A stretch of 64,000 nucleotides of DNA from Gammaproteobacteria bacterium (GCA_963662545.2 CAXXLL010000002.1:1760001-1824000), one strand, 5' to 3'. Positions 1 through 12,821 are shown, counted from the stretch's first letter. Numbers and translations: made by a program. Notes: a model not told the origin generated them from the letters alone.

Positions 1-736
1 CGAGCGCGAGTCCGTTCGCGTCCAGCGGTTTTTCGAGCGATCCTTTAACCGTCAGCTCGACATCGCCGGAGGAGATATTGAGATCGAGCTCGTAGGGCTC
101 GTTGCCGAGCAGCCGCGGCAACGGTGCGAGCGTCCCTGCGATACTGAAAGCAATATCGTTGACCTGCGCATCGAGCCGTACCTCGAGTGGTTGTCCAAAT
201 CCCGCCGTGCCGATTTCGAGGCTCTCTATAGCGGTGGAGATCGCGTCCGCTTCGTGCGCGCGGAATTCGATCAAAGCGTCCTTGACGATGATCGCCTCCA
301 GATCGAAGGACGGGAGTTCGCCTTCATCGGGCGGCTCATCGGCGTCGGCGGCGGCCAGCACCCAGTTGCCCTTGCCCTTGCGATCCGTTTCAAGGACCAC
401 GCGCGCGCCGATCAAAACGATGCGTTTTACATCAATACGTCCGCCTAGCAACGGTAGGAGCTTGATCTGGGCTTCGAAACGCTCGACCGTCGCCATGGTG
501 TCATGGGCCCCCCAGTCCGCGTTGCCGAACGATACGCCGGCGACCGACAGAGTAGGGATGAATGACGGTCTGAGTCCGATGTCACCTTTGATGTCAAAGC
601 TGCGCCCGGTCGCTTCTTCGACCGTCGCGACGATCCGGGGTTTGTACTGGTTGACGTCGAGGGTGGCGAGAAAGAAGCCGAGGGCCGCGATCAGCAGGAC
701 GACGAGCGCGGCCGCGGCGATCAATATTCTTTTCAT
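1..736 (-). CDS. AsmA family protein (runs off the window edge)
   Basis: Manual translation from ATG at 736: MKRILIAAAALVVLLIAALGFFLATLDVNQYKPRIVATVEEATGRSFDIKGDI...LLPLLGGRIDVKRIVL...LETDRKGKGNW, a typical AsmA N-terminus with membrane anchor. Missing from the ORF track because no stop lies inside the window. Confidence 0.8.
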   Translation of the reverse strand, partial: MKRILIAAAALVVLLIAALGFFLATLDVNQYKPRIVATVEEATGRSFDIKGDIGLRPSFIPTLSVAGVSFGNADWGAHDTMATVERFEAQIKLLPLLGGRIDVKRIVLIGARVVLETDRKGKGNWVLAAADADEPPDEGELPSFDLEAIIVKDALIEFRAHEADAISTAIESLEIGTAGFGQPLEVRLDAQVNDIAFSIAGTLAPLPRLLGNEPYELDLNISSGDVELTVKGSLEKPLDANGLAL

Positions 737-898
737 GAGGCGGTATCCGAAAGCGAGTCTTGTTGGCCGCCAATTATAGGGTGCACGGCGGGCTCGGTGA
801 CCGTGACCCAGTACAAATCCGGTAGATACCCTCCGGTTTTTTGTCGCCGTGCGGCGAAAGGTGGTGTCTGGCGCCGCGTATCGCGCGAGACGCGAGTG

Positions 899-2086
899 TT
901 AAGGCCCCGCCAGGATCAACGGAACGAACTGCTCTGCGGCGGAGGTGCCCCCGTGAACGCCGTTCAGGTGCGCGTCGTGTTCGCCGGCAACCCGGTCGCG
1001 AATGGTGTAACGGTCGCGCATCTGCAGCGTGTAGTCACCGATCCGGGCGGCGAGTTCCGCATGCGGTTCGCCGAGACCGAACCATCCATCGTCGATCAGC
1101 CGATGACTGGGCAACCACGTTGCGACTTGCGCGAATTCTTGATCAACGTAATTTTCAAACGCCTGCGCCGAACGATGCTGCACGTAGCAGTAAGCGGTGC
1201 GCGGCTCGCCGCAGAGCGGCATAGATAAGGTATCGGCCAGTGCTGGATGGTTCTCCAAATCTATGCGTTCCTCAGCGCCGCTATCGATGAACCCGTGGTC
1301 GGCGGTGATGATCAAAAGCGTACCGCTGTCGTCGCAAACCTCGATGACTGCCGAAAGGGCGGCGTCGATTTCATCAAAATGCGCTTTCACCGCGTCGCTC
1401 GATGGCCCGTGTATATGCGCGAGTCGATCGAGAATCGACCAGTACGCGTAGATATAAACCGCGCTACTTTCGCCGCGGCAATAAGCCTGCAGGCGGTCGA
1501 CAAAGTCCGCGAGCGTCGTATAGGGAATGCGCTCGGCCCCTTGTGCCAGATGCCGGCTGAAATCCGAATCGGCGATCGCCGCGGGTTGCAGTGTCGCCGA
1601 CGGCACCTTGATGCGATCGAAGAAACTCGGGCAATCGAGCAATGATGCGAGGTCGACGCCCGCCCTCGATAAGGGTTTGCGCCCATAGCGCGGCACAAAG
1701 GGTAATACCGCCGTCACCGCGCCCAGCCGGCGAAAATGCATGAACCATCCGGTGAGACCGTGTTGCTGCGGTGCGAGCCCTGTCATGAAGGTGGTGATCG
1801 CGCTCGCCGTGGTCGGCGGATAAACCGACGTCATCGTGTTGCTCGCGAGTTCCCCCAGGCGACTGCCGCAACCCACGTTCCTCAGTAGTTCAGCGCCGAG
1901 ACCGTCGATCACGAGCAGCACCACGCGGCGCGCTGCACCTAGGCGTTCGGGCGGCAGAGCGGCGAGGGGCGGGTAATCCGACGGTGCTGCGCCAAACTTG
2001 TCCCCGATCGAGCGCATCAGGTTGACGATGGAACCGCCGTCGTAATCAGGTTTAACGGGCGTCAGATCGTGTTCGAACGCGGCCAT
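899..2086 (-). CDS. Alkaline phosphatase superfamily / type I phosphodiesterase-nucleotide pyrophosphatase
   Basis: LLVIDGLG, SVYPPTTASA (Thr nucleophile), DRLAH, TADHG and GVHGG metal-binding motifs. Confidence 0.85.
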   Translation of the reverse strand: MAAFEHDLTPVKPDYDGGSIVNLMRSIGDKFGAAPSDYPPLAALPPERLGAARRVVLLVIDGLGAELLRNVGCGSRLGELASNTMTSVYPPTTASAITTFMTGLAPQQHGLTGWFMHFRRLGAVTAVLPFVPRYGRKPLSRAGVDLASLLDCPSFFDRIKVPSATLQPAAIADSDFSRHLAQGAERIPYTTLADFVDRLQAYCRGESSAVYIYAYWSILDRLAHIHGPSSDAVKAHFDEIDAALSAVIEVCDDSGTLLIITADHGFIDSGAEERIDLENHPALADTLSMPLCGEPRTAYCYVQHRSAQAFENYVDQEFAQVATWLPSHRLIDDGWFGLGEPHAELAARIGDYTLQMRDRYTIRDRVAGEHDAHLNGVHGGTSAAEQFVPLILAGP

Positions 2087-2139
2087 TACGTGTTACGGAA
2101 ATCCGAAAAATGGACCGGCAGCGGCATAAGAAGGCACTG

Positions 2140-3777
2140 TTAGGAACTACACGACAGCATCGAGCACCCGGCGCGATGACGCGCCCAGTCCGGGCGCTTT
2201 TCGGCGTAAGCGTCTTTACCCGGATGCTCGTCGTATGGACGGCGTAACACGTCTAGTAGATCGTGAACCATCGAGAAATCGCCTTCCTCGACGCGATCGA
2301 TTGCGAGTTGGGCGAGGTAATTCCTGAACACGTATTTGGGGTTGATCGTATCCATGGCGGCGCTGCGCTCATGATCCTCCCGGCCGTCCCGGTTAACGCG
2401 CGCGATGTAGCGGTGCATCCATGCGCTCATCCTCCGCTTGGACTCCTCGGTGCGTTGTGCCGGAGTGTAATAGGCGTTGAGCAGCGGCGCCATCAGCCGC
2501 TGGTCGTCTGCGCTGTCGGGAGTAGCTGATGATGACTCTACTTGTGCGAGGCCGCGGAAGAACAGCGTCATGTCGGTTTCGACCAGCGCCAGCACCTCGA
2601 AGAGTTCGGAGACGAGTTCGCGGTCTGATGTCTCGAATGCGCGCAGACCGAGCTTTTGCGCCATCATACTTTGCCAGCCCGATTCGTAGGTTTCTTCGTA
2701 GATGTGGAGCGAGCGCTCCAAGGGCTTGGCTTCCGCCACCAGCGGGTAGATTGCATTCGCAAGTTGGACAAGATTCCACAGTGCGATCTGAGCTTGCTGG
2801 CCGAACCGGTACCGGCGGCCCTGCGCGTCGGTGGTATTCGGTGTCCAGTCGGGATCGTAGTTCTCGAGCCAGCCGTAGGGACCATAATCGATGGTCAAAC
2901 CGAGGATGGACATGTTGTCCGTATTCATCACTCCATGTACGAAGCCGACCCGCATCCAGTGCACGATCAGGCAAGCGGTTCTGCGGCACACCTCCTCAAA
3001 CCAGTCGACGACCATGCGTTTCGCCGTCGGTCCAGTCGCGCCGGGGCTGAATTCGAGGCCTGGAAAATCTACGGCGATGGTGTAATCGACGAGCCGGCGC
3101 AGCACGTCTGTTTCACCGCGTGCGGCGAAAATCTCAAAGTTGCCAAAGCGCGTAAACGACGGCGCGACACGGCAGACCACCGCGCCAGGCTCGGGTCGTG
3201 GGTTGCCGTCGTAGAACATATCGCGCACGACGTCCTCGCCGGTTAACACGAGGCTCAAGGCGCGGGTGGTCGGCACGCCCAAGTGATGCATCGCTTCGCT
3301 GCATAGAAATTCGCGCAGCGAAGATCGCAATACCGCGAGGCCGTCTGCGCTGCGCGAGTAGGGGGTCGGCCCGGCGCCCTTGAGCTGAAGCGCCCATCGC
3401 TCGCCGCTGCGGTTAACTACCTCCCCCAGGTTGATCGCACGGCCGTCGCCGAGCTGCCCGGCCCAGTGGCCGAACTGGTGGCCGCCGTAGCAGGTCGCAT
3501 AGGGGTCCATCCCGTCGGTGAGGCGGTTGCCCGCGAAAACTTCGGCGAACGCCTGTGTTTCGCAATCTGCGTCCTTAAGATCGAGCAGCGCAGCGACTTC
3601 CGGCGAATAGGCGACCAGTTCGGGCGCTGCGCTTGCAACGGGCACCACGCGCGAATAGCAGGCGGCGCTGACCTGGCGGCGGTAGTTTTCGGGTTCGGGA
3701 TCAGCGGGCAGTTCGCAAACGAAGCGATTGTCGAACTTGAGATTTTCGAGGCCTGGAAATTCGGGTTGCGCGCTCAT
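2140..3777 (-). CDS. selO: Protein adenylyltransferase SelO/YdiU
   Basis: YGGHQFG..GQLGDGR, QLKGAGPTPYSRSADG, RSSLREFLCSEAM, GFVHGVMNTDNMS..TIDYGP, C-terminal CSMLSCSS. Start placed at MSAQPEF. Confidence 0.95.
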   Translation of the reverse strand: MSAQPEFPGLENLKFDNRFVCELPADPEPENYRRQVSAACYSRVVPVASAAPELVAYSPEVAALLDLKDADCETQAFAEVFAGNRLTDGMDPYATCYGGHQFGHWAGQLGDGRAINLGEVVNRSGERWALQLKGAGPTPYSRSADGLAVLRSSLREFLCSEAMHHLGVPTTRALSLVLTGEDVVRDMFYDGNPRPEPGAVVCRVAPSFTRFGNFEIFAARGETDVLRRLVDYTIAVDFPGLEFSPGATGPTAKRMVVDWFEEVCRRTACLIVHWMRVGFVHGVMNTDNMSILGLTIDYGPYGWLENYDPDWTPNTTDAQGRRYRFGQQAQIALWNLVQLANAIYPLVAEAKPLERSLHIYEETYESGWQSMMAQKLGLRAFETSDRELVSELFEVLALVETDMTLFFRGLAQVESSSATPDSADDQRLMAPLLNAYYTPAQRTEESKRRMSAWMHRYIARVNRDGREDHERSAAMDTINPKYVFRNYLAQLAIDRVEEGDFSMVHDLLDVLRRPYDEHPGKDAYAEKRPDWARHRAGCSMLSCSS

Positions 3778-3978
3778 GTGTGTGCTGGATGGATCGGATA
3801 GTGTTCCTGAGTGCATTCTAACGCAAGCAGATCCCCGGATAAGGAAACCCATGTAGCCGTGGCAGCCGGATCATCGGTAGCGCGAGAAGCGGCGGCGGCA
3901 TATGGCGAGGCGGTCGCCGACGAATGGAACGGGGCGTACACTAGCCACCCTATCCCGTGTTGAACAAAGGAGTGAGCT

Positions 3979-4527
3979 GTGCCAAGAATTACCGAAATCA
4001 CGAAAGCCGGCGGCGATCCTATCCTCGAAGCGGAATTCGCCTCCGAGCAAGAATTGTTCGGCGGCGTCATCAATCCGAGTAAGGTGCTGGCTCACTGCCC
4101 GCCGATCCTGCGCGCGGCCAAGAAATTTTACGCTTCATTCGAGGAATCGGGCGAGCTGCCCGCGACTTTGCTGGCCTTGGCTTATGTGCGTGTCTCCACG
4201 ATCAACGGCTGCCCCTTCTGAGTCGACATCAATTCGTTCCGTGCGATCGAAGCTACTGATGGCGAAGCGAAGGTCATGGCGCTGCCAAACTGGCGCGAGA
4301 GTGAAGTTTATACTGAGCGCGAGCGCCTGGCGATCGAATATGCAGAGCGCATGACCATCACCGGACAGGAAGTCGACGACGCGTTCTTCGCACAATTGAA
4401 AGCGCACTTTACCGAAGCGCAGATCGTGGAATTGACAGCCGGTATCGCGATGGAAAATTTCCGCAGCAAGTTCAACAGGCCTTTACGGGTCGAAGCCCAG
4501 GGTTTTTGCCCGCTACCGGCGCGATAA
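3979..4527 (+). CDS. AhpD/carboxymuconolactone decarboxylase-like protein, probable selenoprotein (CxxU; TGA at 4219-4221)
   Basis: ORFs 3979-4221 and 4276-4527 are in the same frame. Read-through gives VSTINGCPF-U-VDINS...ERERLAIEYAERMT...FTEAQIVELT...ENFRSKFN, a complete 182-aa AhpD-like sequence. Confidence 0.8.
4222..4265 (+). promoter_or_regulatory. Candidate bacterial SECIS hairpin
   Basis: Pairings TCG/CGA, CATC/GATG, TTCG/CGAA, TC/GA close a CGTGC loop about 18 nt after the UGA, with G then U near the start of the loop. Confidence 0.5.
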
Positions 4528-4532
4528 GCCTG

Positions 4533-5387
4533 TTAACGCGACTCCGCGCCAGCCCGTGCGTTTTCGAGTAGCCGGTTGAAGCCCGGGTAATCCGCGGGGG
4601 TAATGACCGTACGCACGGCGCTGTCCCCAAAATTCTTGCCGGTCTCCAGTCGTTCAGCTGCGCCCTCGGCGTCGATGATGCGCGTACCGCCGACGATGTC
4701 GATACCGCGCGCGAACACAGGATCAGGGAAAAACCCGACTGTGGGGCCGATGAGCGCGATGAGCTCGGCATCAGCACAGTATGCGAGCATCTCGTCGAGC
4801 GAATCATTCAAGAGGGTCGCGCCGGTGCAGATTATCTTATTGCAGTCTCTTAACACGCCGGGATCGAGCGTGATGCGGACGCCACTCGTTTCCCCGAGCA
4901 TGTGCTGCTTGCGTTCGACCACATTGACTTCGACGCCGCGTTCCCGCGCCCTGCGCACCAAGGATGGAAAATTCCCGATCATGCCGAGGCGATCATCCGG
5001 TTCGAGGTTCATTCCGCCCATCGAGTCAGGCGCTGCAGCGAGTTCATGTCCGGCCGCGCGGTACACGGCATCGGTCACTGCGTTGATCGCGGCGAGCCCG
5101 ACCGAGCGCTCGGCATCGCTGTTCCCAAGGTAATACCGAGCGAGTTCCAGCGGGGATCGGCGGCGCAGGTCGGCCGGATCAAACCGTTCTGGCATATCGG
5201 ACTGTGATTCGCCTAGCCAGGCGTAATACAGTCCGACCGATCCGTCCTCGAACGACAGTAGGCCGAATTCGGCTTCGCGATCGGGTGCCGGCCGGGGATC
5301 GGCGATCAGGATGCGCCGTATGCGTAGCGGGGGCAGCGCCTCTAGTGCGCGGGCGGCGAGTGCGAACAATTCATTGCGGATACTCAC
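4533..5387 (-). CDS. DUF364-like (Rossmann-like, putative metal-chelation) protein
   Basis: ERSVGLAAINA, GMIGNFP, IICTGATLLNDSLD, LIGPT pattern. Confidence 0.7.
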   Translation of the reverse strand: MSIRNELFALAARALEALPPLRIRRILIADPRPAPDREAEFGLLSFEDGSVGLYYAWLGESQSDMPERFDPADLRRRSPLELARYYLGNSDAERSVGLAAINAVTDAVYRAAGHELAAAPDSMGGMNLEPDDRLGMIGNFPSLVRRARERGVEVNVVERKQHMLGETSGVRITLDPGVLRDCNKIICTGATLLNDSLDEMLAYCADAELIALIGPTVGFFPDPVFARGIDIVGGTRIIDAEGAAERLETGKNFGDSAVRTVITPADYPGFNRLLENARAGAESR

Positions 5388-5459
5388 TGATGACGCCGGA
5401 ACAGGGCGAGGTAATTCCGGGTGGGGCGAACCCGCGTCCCGTGCGCCCCTAAGTCCGGG

Positions 5460-5681
5460 TCAGTCGCTGGCACTATCAGTCAGGGTGAAGCCAAGCTTGA
5501 TGGTGAGCTGCCAGTGTTTCACCTTGCCGTCGGTGACGTCGCCGCGAATATTGGTTACCTCGAACCAGCGAATGTTGTTCAACGAGGCGTCGGCCTTAAC
5601 CACCGCCTTGTTCACGGCATCTTCCATGGATTGAGTCGATGTGCCGGTAATTTCAATGATTTTGTATACATGGTCCGTCAT
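5460..5681 (-). CDS. Dodecin (flavin-binding)
   Basis: HVYKIIEITGTS..SMEDAV..A...L..IRWFEV..IRG......HWQLTIKLGF. Confidence 0.93.
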   Translation of the reverse strand: MTDHVYKIIEITGTSTQSMEDAVNKAVVKADASLNNIRWFEVTNIRGDVTDGKVKHWQLTIKLGFTLTDSASD

Positions 5682-5807
5682 TTTGGCTGACCTCTTTGTT
5701 TTGCGTTTTTCGAAGGTCCAACTTTACTCCCAATGCCGAGTCGGATCTCACCCGTCCCGGTTTGGCTAAACTCTGAATCGCTGTTCCGAATTACGAGACA
5801 GATTTCA

Positions 5808-5870
5808 ATTCGCCCGCAAAAACGCTCCTACGGCGGCACCCGTACCGTAGGAGCCCGCTTGCGGGCGAAT
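5808..5870. repeat. Inverted pair of GTAG-type REP sequences
   Basis: ATTCGCCCGCAAAAACGCTCCTACGG (5808-5833) and CCGTAGGAGCCCGCTTGCGGGCGAAT (5845-5870) are imperfect inverted copies; GTAG tetranucleotide followed by a palindrome. Confidence 0.7.
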
Positions 5871-6061
5871 GACGAATGCTGTTACAAACTACAAAGCGTC
5901 CTGTCATTCGGAACGCCTAATCGCTTGCAAGTGCCGCCCCATACGGGGACTCCACCGTACGGGCGTCGGTTACGTTAGAATCCGATACCGCACACAATTC
6001 GCAGTCGCACCGTACGATGCGTATCGAGTGAAAACGGCTCAAGTATTCAAGGGAGACACCG

Positions 6062-8137
6062 ATGGAGCGACGCCGGGCCTGGCTTTTCAGTCTGTTGATG
6101 ATCATTGGCTTACCGTCTTTGGCGGGCGATACCATCGTTGATGACACAGCGCTTGCCGACGAGGCGCAGGGCGACAACTGGCTGGCCTACGGACGAACGT
6201 ACGCCGAAACACGCTACAGTCCGCTCGATCAGATCAACGAAGACTCGGTAAAACGCTTAGGCGTCGACTGGTATCTCGATCTGCCCGCAGACCACTCTCT
6301 CATCGGTACGCCGCTGGTAGTCGACGGCATTCTTTATTTCACCGGCAGCTTCAGCGTGACGCGCGCCCTCGACGCGCGAACGGGCAAGATTTTGTGGGAA
6401 TACGATCCCAAGTCCATTGAGCACGCCGGCGATCGCTTGCGCATCATGTGGGATTCGAGCCGCGGGCTCGCTTACTGGAAAGGCAAGGTCATCATCGCCA
6501 CCATCGACGGGCGCCTGGTCGCGATCGACGCGAAGACCGGCAATCGGGTGTGGGAAACGATGACGGTCGATCCGAGGCGCGCCTTCTATATCACCGGCGC
6601 ACCGAAGGTGTTTCGCGGCAAGGTCATCATCGGCAACGGCGGCACCGAGCAAGAGGCCGCACGCGGTTACGTCACGGCCTACGATGCCGAAACGGGCAAA
6701 CAGGCGTGGCGCTTTTGGATCGTGCCTGGTAATCCGGCGGACGGCTTCGAGAGCGAAGCGATGGCCATGGCTGCTAAGACCTGGACCGGCGAATGGTGGA
6801 AACATGGCGGCGGCGGCAACGTCTGGAACGGCATTACCTACGATCCGGAATTCAATCAAGTCCTGGTCGGGACGGGCAACGGATCGCCCTGGAATCGTAA
6901 GATCCGCAGCCCCGACGGCGGCGACAATCTCTTCTTGTGCTCGATCGTCGCCCTCGACGCCGACACCGGCGAGTACAAATGGCATTACCAGACCGTGCCC
7001 GGGGAAACCTGGGACTACAATTCCAACATGGACATCGTGCTCGCCGATCTCAAGTACGGCGGGCAGACGATCAAGGCCTTGATGCACGCGCCGAAGAACG
7101 GATTCTTCTATGTCATCAACCGTGCGAACGGCGAACTGCTGTCGGCGGAGAAGATCGGCAAGGTGACCTGGGCGTCGCACGTGGATCTGAAGAGCGGGCG
7201 TCCAGTGGAAATTGCCGGCGCGCGTTACGAAGATGGCGAAGCGCTGGTCTGGCCGAGTCCGTACGGGGTGCACAACTGGCACGCCATGTCCTACAACCCA
7301 AACACCGGTCTGGTATACATTCCGACCATCGAAATGCCCGCGCTGTTCAAGGACACGGGCATCGATCTCAAGTCCTGGAGTTCGCCGCATTTCTATGTCG
7401 GTACCGGCGTCGAATTCGGGCGCGCCGATACCCCGGCCGATTACGGCACGGCGAAGCTCCTCGCCTGGGATCCAATCAAGCAGCAGAAAGTCTGGCAACT
7501 GGACCTGCCGCCGCAATGGAATCCCGGCACCTTGACGACGGCGGGCAATCTCGTTTTCCAGGGCCGCGCCGATGGTGAGTTCGTCGCGTACAACGCCGCT
7601 TCCGGCGCGCGGCTTTGGTCGCTCAAGCTCGGCTCGGGCATCTCCGCGCCGCCGATCACTTATGCGATCGACGGCAAGCAGTACCTGTCCTTACTCGTCG
7701 GATGGGGCGGCGCCGGGTTGATATCGGGAACGCTAGCCGCGCAGCACGGATGGAAATATGGCGTACACCCGCGGCGGCTGTTCACGTTTGCTCTCGATGG
7801 CAAACTTGCGGTACCGCCGTCGCCGCCGCCGGCATTCGCTGAACCGATCGACGTGCCGGACTTCGAGATCGATTCGGAGCTGGCGGAACACGGGCTCGAC
7901 GTCTATGCCGAGTCCTGCTTTCTCTGTCATGGCGGCGGGGCTGTTTCAGGTGGCTATGCCACCGATTTGCGGGAATCGCCGATCGCCTTGTCGCGCGACG
8001 CATTCAGGGAAGTGGTCGTCGATGGCAGCAAACTCGCCAAGGGCATGCCGCGGTTCAGGCAGTTTACAGGCCGGGAGATCGACGGATTGCTCCACTACAT
8101 TCGGCGGGAGGCGCGGAAGGCCGTCGCCGAAAACTGA
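6062..8137 (+). CDS. PQQ-dependent quinohemoprotein (type II) alcohol dehydrogenase
   Basis: Signal peptide, NWLAYGRTYAETRYSPLDQIN, PQQ beta-propeller repeats, GTGNGSPWN, APKNGFFYV, C-terminal heme c motif CFLCH. Confidence 0.92.
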   Translation: MERRRAWLFSLLMIIGLPSLAGDTIVDDTALADEAQGDNWLAYGRTYAETRYSPLDQINEDSVKRLGVDWYLDLPADHSLIGTPLVVDGILYFTGSFSVTRALDARTGKILWEYDPKSIEHAGDRLRIMWDSSRGLAYWKGKVIIATIDGRLVAIDAKTGNRVWETMTVDPRRAFYITGAPKVFRGKVIIGNGGTEQEAARGYVTAYDAETGKQAWRFWIVPGNPADGFESEAMAMAAKTWTGEWWKHGGGGNVWNGITYDPEFNQVLVGTGNGSPWNRKIRSPDGGDNLFLCSIVALDADTGEYKWHYQTVPGETWDYNSNMDIVLADLKYGGQTIKALMHAPKNGFFYVINRANGELLSAEKIGKVTWASHVDLKSGRPVEIAGARYEDGEALVWPSPYGVHNWHAMSYNPNTGLVYIPTIEMPALFKDTGIDLKSWSSPHFYVGTGVEFGRADTPADYGTAKLLAWDPIKQQKVWQLDLPPQWNPGTLTTAGNLVFQGRADGEFVAYNAASGARLWSLKLGSGISAPPITYAIDGKQYLSLLVGWGGAGLISGTLAAQHGWKYGVHPRRLFTFALDGKLAVPPSPPPAFAEPIDVPDFEIDSELAEHGLDVYAESCFLCHGGGAVSGGYATDLRESPIALSRDAFREVVVDGSKLAKGMPRFRQFTGREIDGLLHYIRREARKAVAEN

Positions 8138-8303
8138 AAAGCGTTTCAGAATAGGGGACAGGATTTACTTCGCTCACAAGCGGGCGAAGAAGACATTTCG
8201 CCGCATTCAGCAAAACATCCGCTCGTGCGAAATACATTATCCGGGATCGCGGATGATCGGTTGAACATCCGCCGTTTACGCTAAATATTCCGCATTTAAA
8301 ACG

Positions 8304-9980
8304 ATGGCACAGTACGTTTTCCAAATGAACCGGGTGGGTAAGCTCGTACCACCCAAGAAACACATCCTGCGCGATATCTCGCTGAGTTTCTTCCCCGGCG
8401 CCAAGATCGGTGTGCTGGGCCTGAACGGCGCCGGGAAATCGACCCTGTTACGGATCATGGGCGGCATTGAAAAGGATATCGAAGGCGAAGCGATTCCGCT
8501 CAAAGGACTCAAGATTGGCTACCTGCCGCAGGAGCCCGAACTCGATCCTGTGAAGAACGTACGAGGCAATGTCGAAGAGGGACTGGGCGACACGCTGGCC
8601 CTGCTCGAACGATTCAACGAGATTTCGGCGCAGTTCGCCGAACCCATGAACGACGACGAGATGAACGCGCTGCTCGAAGAGCAGGGCACAGTGCAGACGG
8701 AAATCGATAACGTGGGCGGCTGGGAAGTCGAGCGAAAATTCGAAATCGCGGCCGACGCACTGCGTTTGCCGCCCTGGGACGCGGACGTGACCGAGATTTC
8801 GGGCGGCGAAAGGCGACGGGTCGCCCTGTGCCGCCTGCTTTTGTCGGAACCGGAAATGCTGCTGCTCGACGAGCCAACCAATCATCTCGACGCCGAGTCA
8901 GTGGCGTGGTTGGAGCGTTACCTCGCGCAGTATTCCGGCACGGTCGTGGCGGTTACCCACGATCGCTACTTTCTCGACAACGTGGCCGGCTGGATCCTGG
9001 AACTCGATCGCGGCTACGGCATTCCCTGGGAGGGCAACTACTCGTCGTGGCTGGAACAAAAAGAAGCGCGGCTTGCACAGGAGGCGCGTGAGCAGGCGGC
9101 GCACCGCAAGTCCATCGCGGCGGAACTCGAATGGGTGCGCGCCAACCCGCAAGGCAGACAGACGAAAAGCCGCGCGCGCCTGCAGCGCTTCGATGAACTG
9201 CAGTCAAAGGAATTTCAGCAGCGCAACGAGACCAACGAGATCTACATTCCACCGGGGCCGCGCCTCGGTGACCTCGTTATCGAGGTCGAGAATCTCAGTA
9301 AAGGCTATGGCGATCGCTTGTTGATCGACGCGCTGAGCTTCAGCCTGCCGCCCGGGGGTATCGTCGGCGTGATCGGGGCCAACGGAGCGGGCAAGTCGAC
9401 GCTGTTCAAGATGCTCACCGGGCAGGAGCAACCGGACGACGGTTCGATCAGGCTGGGCGACACGGTGAAAGTCGCCTACGTCGACCAGAGCCGCGATCTC
9501 CTCGACGGCGGGAAAACGGTGTGGGAAGAACTGTCCGGCGGACAGGATGTGCTGCGCGTTGGCGACTACGAAACGTCGTCACGCGCCTACGTCGGCCGCT
9601 TCAATTTCAAAGGCGCGGATCAGCAAAAGCATATCGGGCAGTTGTCCGGCGGCGAGCGCAACCGCGTGCACCTTGCAAAGGTAGTGCTCAGCGGCGCCAA
9701 CGTATTGTTTCTCGACGAACCCACCAACGATCTGGACGTCGAGACCCTGCGCGCGCTGGAACAAGCGTTGCTCAACTTTCCGGGTTGCGTCGTCGTCATC
9801 TCCCACGACCGCTGGTTCCTGGATCGCATCGCGACCCACATACTGGCGTTCGAGGGCGACAGCCACGTCGAGTGGTTCCCCGGAAACTATGCCGACTATG
9901 AAGCGGATCGTCGCCGCCGCATCGGCGACGACGCCGACAAGCCGCATCGAATTAAATTCAAGCCCGTGACGCGCGCGTAG
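8304..9980 (+). CDS. ettA: Energy-dependent translational throttle protein EttA (ABC-F)
   Basis: [46 protein letters not shown]; two ABC cassettes; 558 aa. Confidence 0.96.
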   Translation: MAQYVFQMNRVGKLVPPKKHILRDISLSFFPGAKIGVLGLNGAGKSTLLRIMGGIEKDIEGEAIPLKGLKIGYLPQEPELDPVKNVRGNVEEGLGDTLALLERFNEISAQFAEPMNDDEMNALLEEQGTVQTEIDNVGGWEVERKFEIAADALRLPPWDADVTEISGGERRRVALCRLLLSEPEMLLLDEPTNHLDAESVAWLERYLAQYSGTVVAVTHDRYFLDNVAGWILELDRGYGIPWEGNYSSWLEQKEARLAQEAREQAAHRKSIAAELEWVRANPQGRQTKSRARLQRFDELQSKEFQQRNETNEIYIPPGPRLGDLVIEVENLSKGYGDRLLIDALSFSLPPGGIVGVIGANGAGKSTLFKMLTGQEQPDDGSIRLGDTVKVAYVDQSRDLLDGGKTVWEELSGGQDVLRVGDYETSSRAYVGRFNFKGADQQKHIGQLSGGERNRVHLAKVVLSGANVLFLDEPTNDLDVETLRALEQALLNFPGCVVVISHDRWFLDRIATHILAFEGDSHVEWFPGNYADYEADRRRRIGDDADKPHRIKFKPVTRA

Positions 9981-9995
9981 GCTTGAACCGGTTTC

Positions 9996-12254
<2,259 letters not shown>

Positions 12255-12410
12255 TTGGAGATCCCCGTCGATGATCAGTTCAAGAAGCAAACACCATGGT
12301 ATCAGCGGTGGGGTAAACCGGTATAGCGGAAGCACGCGCACCATCCGCATGAGACAGGCTTTGCCGGCACCCTGTCCGCGCGCCAAGAGGCGGCATCTGT
12401 GCGCGGGCGA

Positions 12411-12821
12411 TCAAGCGGTATCGATTTTCAGCACCGACTCCGGCGGATGCGCGAGCAAGGCGGAGATCTCCCATCTGCCCCCGGTTTTGATCAATGTATA
12501 AGTGGCTCCCAAGTGTTCGAGGACAGAATCGCCGGCGTAACGCAGCCACAGCATGCTTGCCATTGCCAGGCCTTCGCCGTGCACCGCGATGTTGCTTTCA
12601 GCCAGTACGCTGTGCGTGAAACCTTTTTCCCGCAGTGCTTCCATGATCCCACCGAACACCGACTCGAAGGCTTTTTCGTCGACAATCGCGACGACGCCAT
12701 CGACGGTCGTCAATTGAACGGGCAGGTGAAAAAATTTACGAAAATTTGCCAGGTCCAATCTCGAAAATGTCGCGGCCAATTCATCGTACATCTCCAGTAT
12801 TTCAGTCTTTTCTGTGATCAA
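12411..12821 (-). CDS. NTF2/SnoaL-like protein
   Basis: About 136 aa; TTG start after GAGGAAAGG; ends ATYTLIKTGGRWEIS. Confidence 0.6.
   Translation of the reverse strand: MITEKTEILEMYDELAATFSRLDLANFRKFFHLPVQLTTVDGVVAIVDEKAFESVFGGIMEALREKGFTHSVLAESNIAVHGEGLAMASMLWLRYAGDSVLEHLGATYTLIKTGGRWEISALLAHPPESVLKIDTA

Noticed and set aside
102-779. Plus-strand 225-aa ORF
   Set aside because: Antisense to the AsmA-family gene; Ser/Arg-rich shadow translation.
2140-2165. SelO as a selenoprotein
   Set aside because: The C-terminus is CSMLSCSS followed by TAA; it is the Cys form with no in-frame TGA.
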